DNA of 64,000 nucleotides from Octopus vulgaris (taxonomy: Eukaryota): assembly GCA_951406725.2 (NCBI GenBank), contig OX597820.1, forward strand, positions 22,940,001 through 23,004,000. The letters are read 5' to 3'. The position numbers and the translations under genes were made by a program. Shown here piece after piece: positions 50,647-61,263 of the stretch (positions within the stretch are counted from its first letter, which is position 1; each line of letters begins with the position of its first letter). The notes beneath the pieces were generated by a model. That model ran no database searches, had not been told where the DNA came from, and saw only the letters and a program-made list of their open reading frames with translations.

Positions 50647-51160
50647 ATTTGTGTGTAAGTGTTACTGTCTCTTTGACTTAACATTAAATGATAGATGTAA
50701 AAAAGCATCACCGTCATACAAACAGTGGAGGCGTGTGGATTAGTGGCCAGGGTGTTGGACTCGTGATAGCAAGATTGTGATTTCAATTCCTGGACTGAGT
50801 GGTATGCTGTGTTCTTGAGCAAAACACTTCATTTCACATTGCTCCAGCCCACTCAACTGGCAAAAACAAGTAATCCTGTAATGGACTAGCATCCCATCAA
50901 GGAGGAAATATATGCACCATGGAAACCATCCCTGTGAGTATAAGACTCTAGAAGGATCTTTATCCTATATCATATCAAACAAACATTGTCCATTTCCAGT
51001 AGTTAGTGAAAAGATGTCTGGTGGTAGGATAACATTACCTTATGTGGAAATAGCTGAGGGTTGGTGACAGGAAGGGCATCTGGCTATAGAAAATTCACCA
51101 ACAAATTTCATCCAACCCATGCTAGTATGGAAAAAGTGGACATTAAAGCAATGATAATGA
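50610..51160 (+). mobile_element. SINE family G interrupted by a family F SINE
   Basis: G body resumes after about 50985 and ends acccatgctagtatggaaaaagtggacattaaa. Confidence 0.75.
50726..50968 (+). mobile_element. tRNA-derived SINE family F
   Basis: gtggaggcgtgtggattagtgg head, tttcaattcc B box, gtgttcttgagcaaaacactt; similar copy at 57047-57260. Confidence 0.85.
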
Positions 51161-51282
51161 CAACAGCACAAAACAAAATAACTGATTATAGTAGGTATAT
51201 TATTATGTTGCTTGTTGCACAGTTTCATTTTAACTAAATAGATGCATTCTAAAATATTATCCATATTGTAATCCTTATATTT

Positions 51283-51540
51283 AGATTTCCATCTAGATCA
51301 GAGCACAATCTTTTGCAGAAGAAAAATCTGGAACCCAGACAACAGAAGAAAGCCATTAAAGAAATAGGCACAGCTGCTGAAACTAGCACAAGATAGCTAT
51401 GGTTGATAAGAGATCACACGTGAAACCCTTCCATAGGTGAAAACAAGCTCAGTCATCGCTGCTCCACTCTGGCGAAGTGTACAGACAAAAGGGCAAAACA
51501 CTTGTGTCCCTGAGATACCTGCTAATGATATGGAAGAGGT
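51283..51540 (+). mobile_element. 3' remnant of a Hero-like (RLE-type) non-LTR retrotransposon
   Basis: Translates RFPSRSEHNLLQKKNLEPRQQKKAIKEIGTAAETSTR*LWLIRDHT*, similar to the Hero-type C-terminal AI..I..AAE..S.WLW..R motif. Confidence 0.55.
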
Positions 51541-51642
51541 TCTAGTATTGCAATGGATTTAGAAGAGCTTACAAAACCTCTGAGTAGCTCCTATAGTTTC
51601 TGTGTGGGGCAAAGCATCTCTGATGTTTATTTCTCCTCACCT

Positions 51643-51990
51643 AGGCACAGGCAATGGCTGTGTAACCAAGATGTTTGCTTTGCAACCACATGATTTCAGG
51701 TAGAGTTCCACAGCATGTTACCTTTGGCAAGTATCTGCTATAGCTCTAGACCAATAAATACCTTGTGAATGAATTTGGGAGGTGGAAAATGTGTGGAAGT
51801 CCCTTGTGTGTGTATGCACAAGTGTCTCACCATCTGGCAACATGTTCGTTTGCACCCTGGAAACCTAGCAGTTCAGCCAATAAGTGACTAATAGAATAAG
51901 TACCAAAGAAAATCAATGATGAGATTAATTTGATGGCACCCCAGAATGGCCACAGTCCAATGGTCAAAACAAAATAAAAGAATAAAAAAT
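51643..51990 (+). mobile_element. SINE family B, decayed
   Basis: Head to tail recognisable. Confidence 0.8.
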
Positions 51991-52119
51991 TCCTGCAAAG
52001 AAATTATCCTCAATTTCCTTGTCTTCACAAGTTGTGCTTTACTATGACTAAAAGGGGGAGAAAAAATTCTTTCTCATTAAATGCACTATAATAAACTAAA
52101 CTTTCTCATATGGTGTAAG

Positions 52120-52440
52120 TATGTCCCCGTGGTTAAGAAGTTTATATTACAACCACATGGTTTCAGGTTCAATCCCACTGCACAACACCCTGGGTGGCTT
52201 CTAGTGTAGAAGTCTGTCGTGTATATATGTGTGCATGTATATCTGTATGTGTTTGTCTCTCACAATATGACAACTTGTGTTGGTCTGTTTGCATTGCCAT
52301 CATTTAGCAGTTCAGCAAAACAGGGCCAAAGGAGGAAGTTAAAAGACTTGAAGTAAGTACTAGTGTCAATTTGATTGACTAAACCATTCAAGGCAGTGCC
52401 CCAGTATGCGATCAGTCCAATGAGTGAAACACGTACAAGA
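52120..52440 (+). mobile_element. SINE family B, decayed with deletion
   Basis: ggttcaatcccactgc...ggcagtgccccagtatg. Confidence 0.78.
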
Positions 52441-53172
52441 ATTTTTTAAATATGGTATATACAAGTAAACAAAATATGATGAGCAAAATCAAGGCAAAAA
52501 AACCTAAGAGTAAACAAACAAAAAAAGAACAAAAATCTACTGCAGTTAATGAAACAACTGAACAAAAATTAAAAATAAAAATTAATTGGCCAAAGGATTA
52601 AGAAGCTTGATGAAATAACAGCCTACATTTATAATTAAGTGAAAAGATCCAACAGTTTTGCCAAGATTGCAAATATGAGATGGATTTTAAATTGTTGCTA
52701 TTATTATTATTATTATTAAGTGTAATACAGAGGATTTATGATACTCAAAATTTAGGATGTAAACCAGCAAGTCGGTCACTAGAATAAGAAATACTGATTT
52801 CTTTTATTTTTTTCTCCCACAGAAAAGTCATTTAAAGGAATAGAAGAAATTTTCTTTTTTAAAATAAGATGCCAGCAGCGGTCTTAATAAAATGAGTCAG
52901 AAGATCAATAATGTTCTGACAAAATAATTTAACACTGCTTTGGAGAGACGGGCATGAAATTAGTTAAAGATGAAATTTCTTCAGACTAAAGAATTTTAAG
53001 AACTTTAATTCTTTAGTCTGCAAAAATGTCTAGCTCAGATATACTTTTAATCTAATTTTATAGTATGAATTACATATGCTATTGATTTGTGATTTTTATG
53101 TAAAATAACATAAAATAAAAAAAACTACATAAATTTCTAACATTGACATGCTAAATGATGATGATCATCATC

Positions 53173-54250
53173 ATCCTTTCTGCTGTAGGCACAAGGCCGC
53201 AAATTTTGGGGGCAGGGGGGGGGGGCTAATCAATTACATTGACCCCAGTGCTTGACTGGTACTTGATTTACTGACCCAAAGGGATGAATGGCAAAGTTTG
53301 ATCTCAGAATGTAAAACTAGAAAAAATGCCATGAGGTATTTCGTTCAATATGTCCCCTGACATTTCTGGCTGAGACTCGGGTACAACTTGTATAAATTAA
53401 AGCAAAAACCAAACCATATAATAATTTCAAATTCTGGCACAAGGCCAGCAATTTTGGGAAGGGGCTAAGTTGATTACATTGACCCCAGTATTTAACTGGT
53501 ACTTAATTTATCAACCTTGAAAGAATGGAAGGTGAACATAAAGGTGGACGAAATGCCACTAAGCATACTACCCAGCATGCTAACAATTCTACCAGCTTGT
53601 CACCATAATAATAATAATGGTTTCAAATTTTTCTACAAGAGCAATAATTTGGGGGGAGGGGATGAGTTGATTACATTGACCTCAGTTTTCAACTGGTACT
53701 TTTTTTATCAACCCTGAAAGGATGAAAGGCAACGTCAACCTTGCCTTGGTGGAATTTGAACTAAGATTGTAACGACAGGTAAAATATCACTAAGCATTTC
53801 ATCCAACACACTAATGATTCTGCCAGCTCGCCACATTAATGATAATAACAATAATAATAATCCTTTCTACTATAGGCACAAGGCCTGAAATTTTGGGGAA
53901 AAGGGACTAGTTAATTTATCAACTCCGAGAGAATGAAAGGCAAAGTTGACCTCGGCAGAATTTGAACTCAGAACATAATGACAGGTGAAACACTAAGCAT
54001 TTTACCTGGTGTGCTAACCATTCTGCCAGCTCGCCACATTATTAATAATAATAATAATTGTTTGTAATACAGACATGATAAGTGAAATGTAGAGGAGATG
54101 AATAATCAATTATATTATCAACACTAGAGAGATGAAAAGCAAAATTAATTTCATGGGGATTTGAACCTAGAATATAAGAGTCAGAGGAAATACCATAATG
54201 CTTTTAATCTTTTCCCCTCAATGCTCTGATTCTGCCAATACACCATCCTT
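53173..54250 (-). mobile_element. Cluster of five same-orientation SINE family A copies
   Basis: Copies at about 53173-53350, 53425-53605, 53620-53835, 53860-54040 and 54060-54250, mostly separated by (AAT)n. Confidence 0.87.
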
Positions 54251-54379
54251 TAAAATAATATTGGTAAAAGGCCAAACAGAAGATTGGAGGAGGAGAACAG
54301 TCAGTTATTCCATACACACACATTAAGTGACAGGTATTTTATTTTGTTGACATTGAAATGAGATGACCACTAGAAAAGT

Positions 54380-54720
54380 GTGAAAAAGATTCAGAGAATG
54401 ACAAAGTGATTATACTCAGGGATATGCCAAACAACACAGACAGATAATTCAAGACTAACTAGAGGAAAGGAAGTGCCTCCTAATCAAAGATTCAGTCCCA
54501 CATATAATAATATGTTTCTAAATGAAATGGTGAAATTATATATAAAGGCCTGGAAGTAGAGATAACCAGAATGTGTGAACCGAAAACAAAAAAAAAAACC
54601 CTAAAATAATATTAGGTGCCTTGGAAATTATTAAAAAGCATAACGAAAACCTCACGACTTACAAACATACACAGTACAAAGAGCACAGCATTACCAAATA
54701 CTGCACACACAATCAACTAT
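54380..54720 (+). mobile_element. Decayed R4/Dong restriction-like endonuclease domain fragment
   Basis: Frameshifted pieces ENDKVIILRDMPNNTDR, CLLIKDSVP, YKGLEVEITRM, IILGALEIIKK and TALPNTAHTI follow the Dong/R4 C-terminal motif order. Confidence 0.78.
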
Positions 54721-55568
54721 AATAGCAAAACAATGTAACAGAAAAACAGAAAAAACAAAACCAAAAGATGTAGCACATTTACAAGATGGAAAAGTAAATG
54801 TTAAAAATGTTGATGATGATGATAACTGGATGATACACAAGAAAAGAAAGTTTAGCAGCAAGAAAATGCTATGTTCCAGAGACTGATAGCAAATGAGAAC
54901 AGTATGGCTCTTTAGGATATATAAGAGAATCAATCAGATATTATGAAGAAAAGAAGAGATCCGGGTCTACTCTAATTGATACAGCTTCTCCAAATGATAA
55001 CAACATATCTGTAAAGAAAGTTAGAAAATGATGGTGATGATGAAAATATTAATTAGTTCTTTATTTGTCACAAAGGTGAAAAGTGGGACGCATTGACATA
55101 GGTAAAAAAAAACAGTGAGTGTTTTACAGTAACCCAAAAAACCAAATTGCTTAAAATAAGGTGAGTATAAAATAAGCTCCAAATATATACCAGATGAATA
55201 TGAACTTAGATACAAATCCATAATGATTCATGGAAGTTTTTCTGTATACTTCAGCATAATCTATATCTCCCTCCACCATCAGATTTTATCTTGGAAAACA
55301 TTACACATATTTAGTCATACATACTAACGATAAATAACAAAAAGAGGGTGGTGCTAGTACAATGGGAGTGCTGGACAGCCAGAAAACAAGACAGAACACC
55401 ATTAATAGGGATGAACAAACAAATAAGGTTAATAAAAAAAACCTACAAGAAAATACAAAGAAATGGGTAAGAGATAAAAATGGTGAAATAAAGCAAGTGA
55501 GTCATTGTTAGATATTTTGAGAGAGTAAATAAGCCAGATGGGACAAATATAGAAAACACAGACACACC

Positions 55569-55608
<40 letters not shown>

Positions 55609-55806
55609 ATGTATGAAATTAAAGAAAGTAAGTCTTTATATCATTAATAGTAAATGAAATATCCTGTTTAAAGATTTGGTTAAATTTCTGCCGACCAATT
55701 GTCATCAAGAACCAGCTCTAGGATGCTAACCAGATTAATTCTACAAGCAGGAACTTAATGCGTTTGAAAAGGACGTTTGGTCACCTGATATATATATATA
55801 TATATA

Positions 55807-55978
55807 TCTTTTATTTGTCTCAGTCATGAGATTGTGGCCATGCTGGGGCATCGCCTTGCAGAATTTCAGCCAAATGAATCAACCCCAGTACTTATTTTAT
55901 CAGCCACTTTTGCCAAACTGCTAAGTTACAAGGACGTAAACACAACAACACCACTTGTCAAGCAATGGTGAGGAACAA

Positions 55979-56010
<32 letters not shown>

Positions 56011-56118
56011 GACAGGCTTTTTTCAACTCAACTTCCATCTACCAAATTCACTCACAAGGCTTGCAGTGGGACTGAACCCAGAACCATGTGGTTGGCAAGT
56101 GAACTTCTAACCACATCT
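55807..56118 (-). mobile_element. SINE family B with internal deletions
   Basis: Tail to head in reverse orientation. Confidence 0.87.
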
Positions 56119-56304
56119 ATACTTATATGTATAAAGTTATAAACAGCTGATAGAAATGAAAATGTAATCTGCTGAGGGCAGCACCAACACGAGTACACAT
56201 GTTATCTCTTCACATTTTGTATACTGCAATGCTTGACCAGTTACACACACATGGATTAAATTCGATAAATGATAGTGATCAATTATAAGAACTGTTTGCA
56301 AATG

Positions 56305-56376
56305 TCAGACTGACCAATGCCTTGTGAGTGAATTTGGTAGATGGAAACAGGAGGCAAGCCTGTCGCACACACGCGC

Positions 56377-56416
<40 letters not shown>

Positions 56417-56790
56417 ATACATATATGAACAAATGTGTGTTCCTGAACTTTCAAACTTCATACATAAAAGACTTTTCCATTCTTCCTGAGCATTAAACTA
56501 ATACACCTGCTTGTTATTCCTACACTTGTCTTTGTCTTTTGTTTTCTGTAAAATTTGAACTATATATACACGTGTGTATGTATGTGTGTGTGTGTGCATG
56601 CCTTTGTTTGTCCCCTACCATAACCAGTGTTGGTTTGTTTACATATCCATAGCCGTTTAGCAAAAGAGACCAACAAAATAACTATCAGACTTTAAAAAAA
56701 TCTAAGTATTGGGTCTAATTAATTCAACTAAAATCCTTCAAGGCAGTGCCCCAGTATGGCCAGTCCAATAACTGAAATAAGTAAAAGGTG
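56305..56790 (+). mobile_element. SINE family B (5'-truncated) with about 140 bp inserted in its microsatellite
   Basis: gaccaatgccttgtgagtgaatttggtag...ggcagtgccccagtatggcc. Confidence 0.8.
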
Positions 56791-57046
56791 ACTGGGTATG
56801 GTATGGTATACATGTGCGTGCAAGAGGGCATGTGTGCATAACAAAATACAAATAATGAAAAAAATTCTCCATTTTACATCCTTGTGTGATACATCATCAA
56901 AAGGTAACACCAGAGCAGTAGTAACAACTTTAATTAGTCTTACTCACCAATGCTACTATTTATATCTAATTATATTTATAAATTATAAGTACTGAATGGG
57001 GAGTGACAGTTTTGTAACAGATGTTTTTAGGGGAGAGTGGATGACA

Positions 57047-57260
57047 AAGACTTATGACTTAGTGGTTAGAGTGTTGGATTCATGACCAATAGATTGTGGT
57101 TTCAATTACTGGACCGGATGATGTATGTGTTCTTGAGCAAAACACTTCATTTCATGTTGCTCCAGTCCACTCAGCTGGCAGGACAGAAAATATATGTGCC
57201 ATAGAAACCAGCACTCTGAGTCTATATGGCACAGGAAGGATCTTTATCCTTTTCTATCCT
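57047..57260 (+). mobile_element. SINE family F with internal deletion
   Basis: ttagtggttagagtgttggattc...gtgttcttgagcaaaacacttcatttca...aaggatctttatcct. Confidence 0.82.
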
Positions 57261-57882
57261 AGGTGATGAAGAACAACCAAGGAAAGGTTTGGAAACAAAA
57301 CCAATTTCAAATATAGTTTGTGTTTAAGAAAATACAACTGCACCCTCACATCACTGCATAATAAGAACCAAGGCAGAAAATCATCATACATCTAACAAAT
57401 AAAAGAGCTTATGTATCTTTAGCAAATAGTACTACAACTCAGTGTAGTTATTTTAGTTACCTAAACTGAATGTCATGAGCCAACAGACCTCTGTTTGGCA
57501 GGTACATGTGACTGCCTCCATTCTGAACTCTACTGTTTTGCAATGTTGTTCTGTTTCTTTCACAACAATGGTCTCCCCTCTGTTCTAAACAACCTCTACT
57601 TTAGACATGGCTTTCACACTCATTTCACCTCACCTTTTTCTTTTTACATTTCCAAATCCTTCTCTCTTACTGTCTCATAATTGGGTGACTTTCTTCCTCC
57701 ATAAATATGCATAAACACTTATTTCCCCACACAATCATCATTTTCTCCATCAAATCAGCCCACAATAATTTAGTATAATGTAATTAATAGATGTACTGAG
57801 GAGATTTAATTAAAACCGAAATGACAACTTTCATCTATAAATATTAAGGACTTCATAAGAAAATCAAATTAAATATTCATAA

Positions 57883-58057
57883 AAGCAGTGTCATTCATTT
57901 CCAGTCTTCTGTGAAAACATGTCCATCCAAGAGGAAATATTACCTTACTTGGAAACAGGTGAGGGTTGTGGCAGGATGGGTATCTGGCTGTAGAAATTAA
58001 TTCTGTGACTCATTCAAGCATGGAAAAATAGATATTGAAACAATAATGATGATGATG
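57883..58057 (+). mobile_element. SINE family G, 3' half
   Basis: ttcatttccagtcttctgtgaaaacatgtc...aatattaccttacttggaaacaggtgaggg. Confidence 0.82.
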
Positions 58058-58617
58058 ACAACTTCAATTACAATTACAACTACAAGTTTAATATGTTAGT
58101 GTACTTTTTTTTTATAATTCTAATTTTATTATCAACCAAACTATCATTTTTAGGCTTCTTTCATCTCCAAACAAAACTAGGTACTTATTAAACCTCAAGC
58201 TATTTTCTTAGCTCACTCATTCAGCTTAATCTTCAGGATCACTTTATTATATATTCATAGTACACAAATAATGTCTTCATTTAAATGTTTTCAAACATCA
58301 ATATTTTTGAGATTTTATACTTTTCTTCAAAGACATGATTTAGTATGTACGGAATAGAATATTAAAGACACAAACATTTCAAAGCATTCACTTAGAAAGA
58401 ATCTCTTTATCAGTCAGTAAGATAAGAAGTTCTTTCAAACAATTTATGAAAGAGAAGAACACAACCAAAGCTATGTACTTTTGTCACATGCATAATTATT
58501 ATCATCATCATTTTAATGTTTATATTAATTTTTTTCTTTTTATATTGGAATAATGTAGCATATGGGAGATACTGGTATCAATGCCCAGATTCTCCAACAT
58601 AATTTTCTTCCCTCCAA

Positions 58618-58758
58618 GTGGTTTCACAAAAGTGACCGATAGAATAAGTACCAGGTTTTAAAATAAGTGCTGGAGTCAATATGATGAACTAAACCTTTCA
58701 AAATGGTGCTCCAGCATGGCTGCAGTCCACTGACTGAAACAAGTGTAAGATAAAAAGA
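58618..58758 (+). mobile_element. SINE family B, 3' part
   Basis: gaccgatagaataagtacc...ggtgctccagcatggctgcagtccactgactgaaacaag. Confidence 0.83.
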
Positions 58759-58902
58759 CATTGCATCACCCCATACTTCTCAATCATTTGTCAACTCATT
58801 TGAGAGGAACTGCTCTAATCATTTCTTCCAAGTTCATCTAGCTATATACATGTACCAAAAATGTAAGAACCACTATAGGATTGTGACAATTTTCTTCATT
58901 TT

Positions 58903-59113
58903 CGGCGAGCTGGCAGAAATGTTAGCACACTGGGTGAAATGCTTAACGGTGTTTCATCTGTCTTTATGTTCTGAGTTCAAATTCCGTCAAGGTCGACTTT
59001 GCCTTTCATCATTTCAGGTTTGATAAATCAAGTACCAGTTGTGTACTGGAGTCGATCTAATTGACTAGCCCCCTCCCCAAAAAATTTGGGCCTTATGCCT
59101 AGAGTAGAAAAGA
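58903..59113 (+). mobile_element. SINE family A, full length, with TSD
   Basis: Complete; aattttcttcattttc precedes the element and aatttt cttcattttc-like sequence follows it. Confidence 0.92.
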
Positions 59114-59324
59114 ATTTTCTTCATTTTCTGTCCTAGCATCTAACATCCATTTTACATTCTCAAACCAGCACTACCACTGATCCATCATCTCTAATTACTT
59201 GTGCAAAGCCTTTCATTTAATGTAACAGCATCCAAAGACACTTCTGTAACATATCCCCTCATCCCGTTTTTTTTTTAATGAAGCAGGGAGCTAAAAACAA
59301 AGGAAATATAGCACAGTATACATT

Positions 59325-59437
59325 GGAGAGCTGGCAGAATCGTTAGCATGCCAGGCAAAATGCTTATTGGTATTTCATCCATCTTTATGTTCTGAGTTCA
59401 AATTCTGTCATGGCCAACTTCACCTTTCATCCTTTCA
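59325..59437 (+). mobile_element. SINE family A, 5' half
   Basis: gagctggcagaatcgttagc...cctttcatcctttca. Confidence 0.85.
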
Positions 59438-61044
59438 GAAATCATTTAATGCAAAACACAATGAAGACCAAGGACAAAGAGATATAAAGTTGTTAGCTTT
59501 CCTCTCCAACAGATATCAATCAAAATATTTCAATAGAAAAAGTACTAAATGATTCCAAAATTTGGAACAAGAAGTCCAGTTTGTCTTTAAGTCTACAAGA
59601 GTTATAAATTCCTTATATCTAGCCTCTCGCTAAAAATCAATACATTACAAAATGTGTGCTTAATGTATATCTGGATACTGTCATGTTTGAGACACATTTC
59701 CCTATCTTATTTTAAAGAGAGAAAAAATTTAAACTGCACAACTAGCTACTATTTGAATTGATTTAACATATCATGGTCTGCAGTTATCTATTAAGAGTAA
59801 ATATCAAGAAATTTCTTATAATAGTTTAATTGAGTAACAGAAAGAGTTAGATCTGACTAATAGTTTTGACAGCTAAATATTAAATTTCTCCACTTTAAAA
59901 AAGAAGAAAACAGACAAATGAAAGGAGGTGGAAATTACATCTTAGGAGTAATATGGAAATGCCTTTTAAACTCAGAAAAGCTTTTATGGAGCAGTTTTTA
60001 ACTTCTAGGAAACCAGTGTATTTCAGGTAATGACAAAAAACCTTTGGAAATTAATGAATAGAATTTGGTGGACTGCCACTCAAGAATTCAATTCTAGAAG
60101 CAGACTCTCTGAAGGATACCAAATATGATAGGCACAAAATTAAATGAAGCCTACATTAGCTACATATTAGACTGGGGCACACTTGTTACATCTGATTGGT
60201 GAATCACATTCCATCACATGATTCTGATCAAGAAAAGTTGACTAGGGATGTACATCAAAAACTAGATGACACTCAATAAAGTTACTTAAAAAAATTGATA
60301 AATATTTTTTTTAAATTCACTGAATCTAGAATAAGATAAATGTGAATTATTATTCATGAAATACCAATAGAGAGAGAAAAACAAAATACTCAATCAAATA
60401 TATGTAAATACAGGTCAGTAGAGATTTTCTGCCAACTGATGATCTGGTACAGCTTTTAATCTAGATAATTAACTAAGGACACTTAAATTTCCAAAGACCA
60501 CAATTAACTGTCACACTACCAAGTCTTCACAACACACATTTATTTATTTACTAGTAACATATCATGAAGGTGGAAACTCTCTATATATACCTTAGTATAA
60601 TAATATAAACATGCTAACCCCTAAGGACCCACTTTTTGTGAAGAGCTAGTTAATATATAACTTACTTTCACTGTGAAGAATGCAGTACCCGAGCATGAAA
60701 GAGAGCACAGTAAACATACGCCCTTCATAGTTACGCTTCAAGAGCAAGTCCAGTGGGAAGGGGTAGACCAGTGACAAAGAGGTTAGTGTGTGAGATTAGA
60801 TTTTGCTTTAAATATTTGCAACTTCCTATTATTATAATTTAAAGGTTGGAAGAATGTTTGTAGGTTTCCAGTGTATAAACAAAGGTGTTGTGAAAGTTTA
60901 ATAATGACAAAGTAAGTGGTCTTCAAGGAATTTCCTCAGAGCTACTATTACATGACCTCTTTTAATCCAGCAAGGGTTTTGAGGTTGAAGATACAAGAAA
61001 ATTGGTGGTGTATCAGTATATATTTACACACACAATAAATATAT

Positions 61045-61263
61045 ATATCTTTATTGCCCACAAGGGGCTTAACATAGGGAGGACAAACAAAGGGATTAAG
61101 TTGATTACATCGACCCCAGTATGTAACTGGTACTTTATTTATCGACCCCGAAAGAATGAAAGGCAAAACCGACCTCGGTTGAATTTGAACTCAGAATGTA
61201 GCAGCAGACGAAATACTGCTAAGAATTTTGCCCGGCGTGCTAACGTTTCTGCCAGCTCGCCTT
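61045..61263 (-). mobile_element. SINE family A with third tail type, young
   Basis: CpG-rich head and core; tail as in 26975-27165; inserted in (TA)n. Confidence 0.92.
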
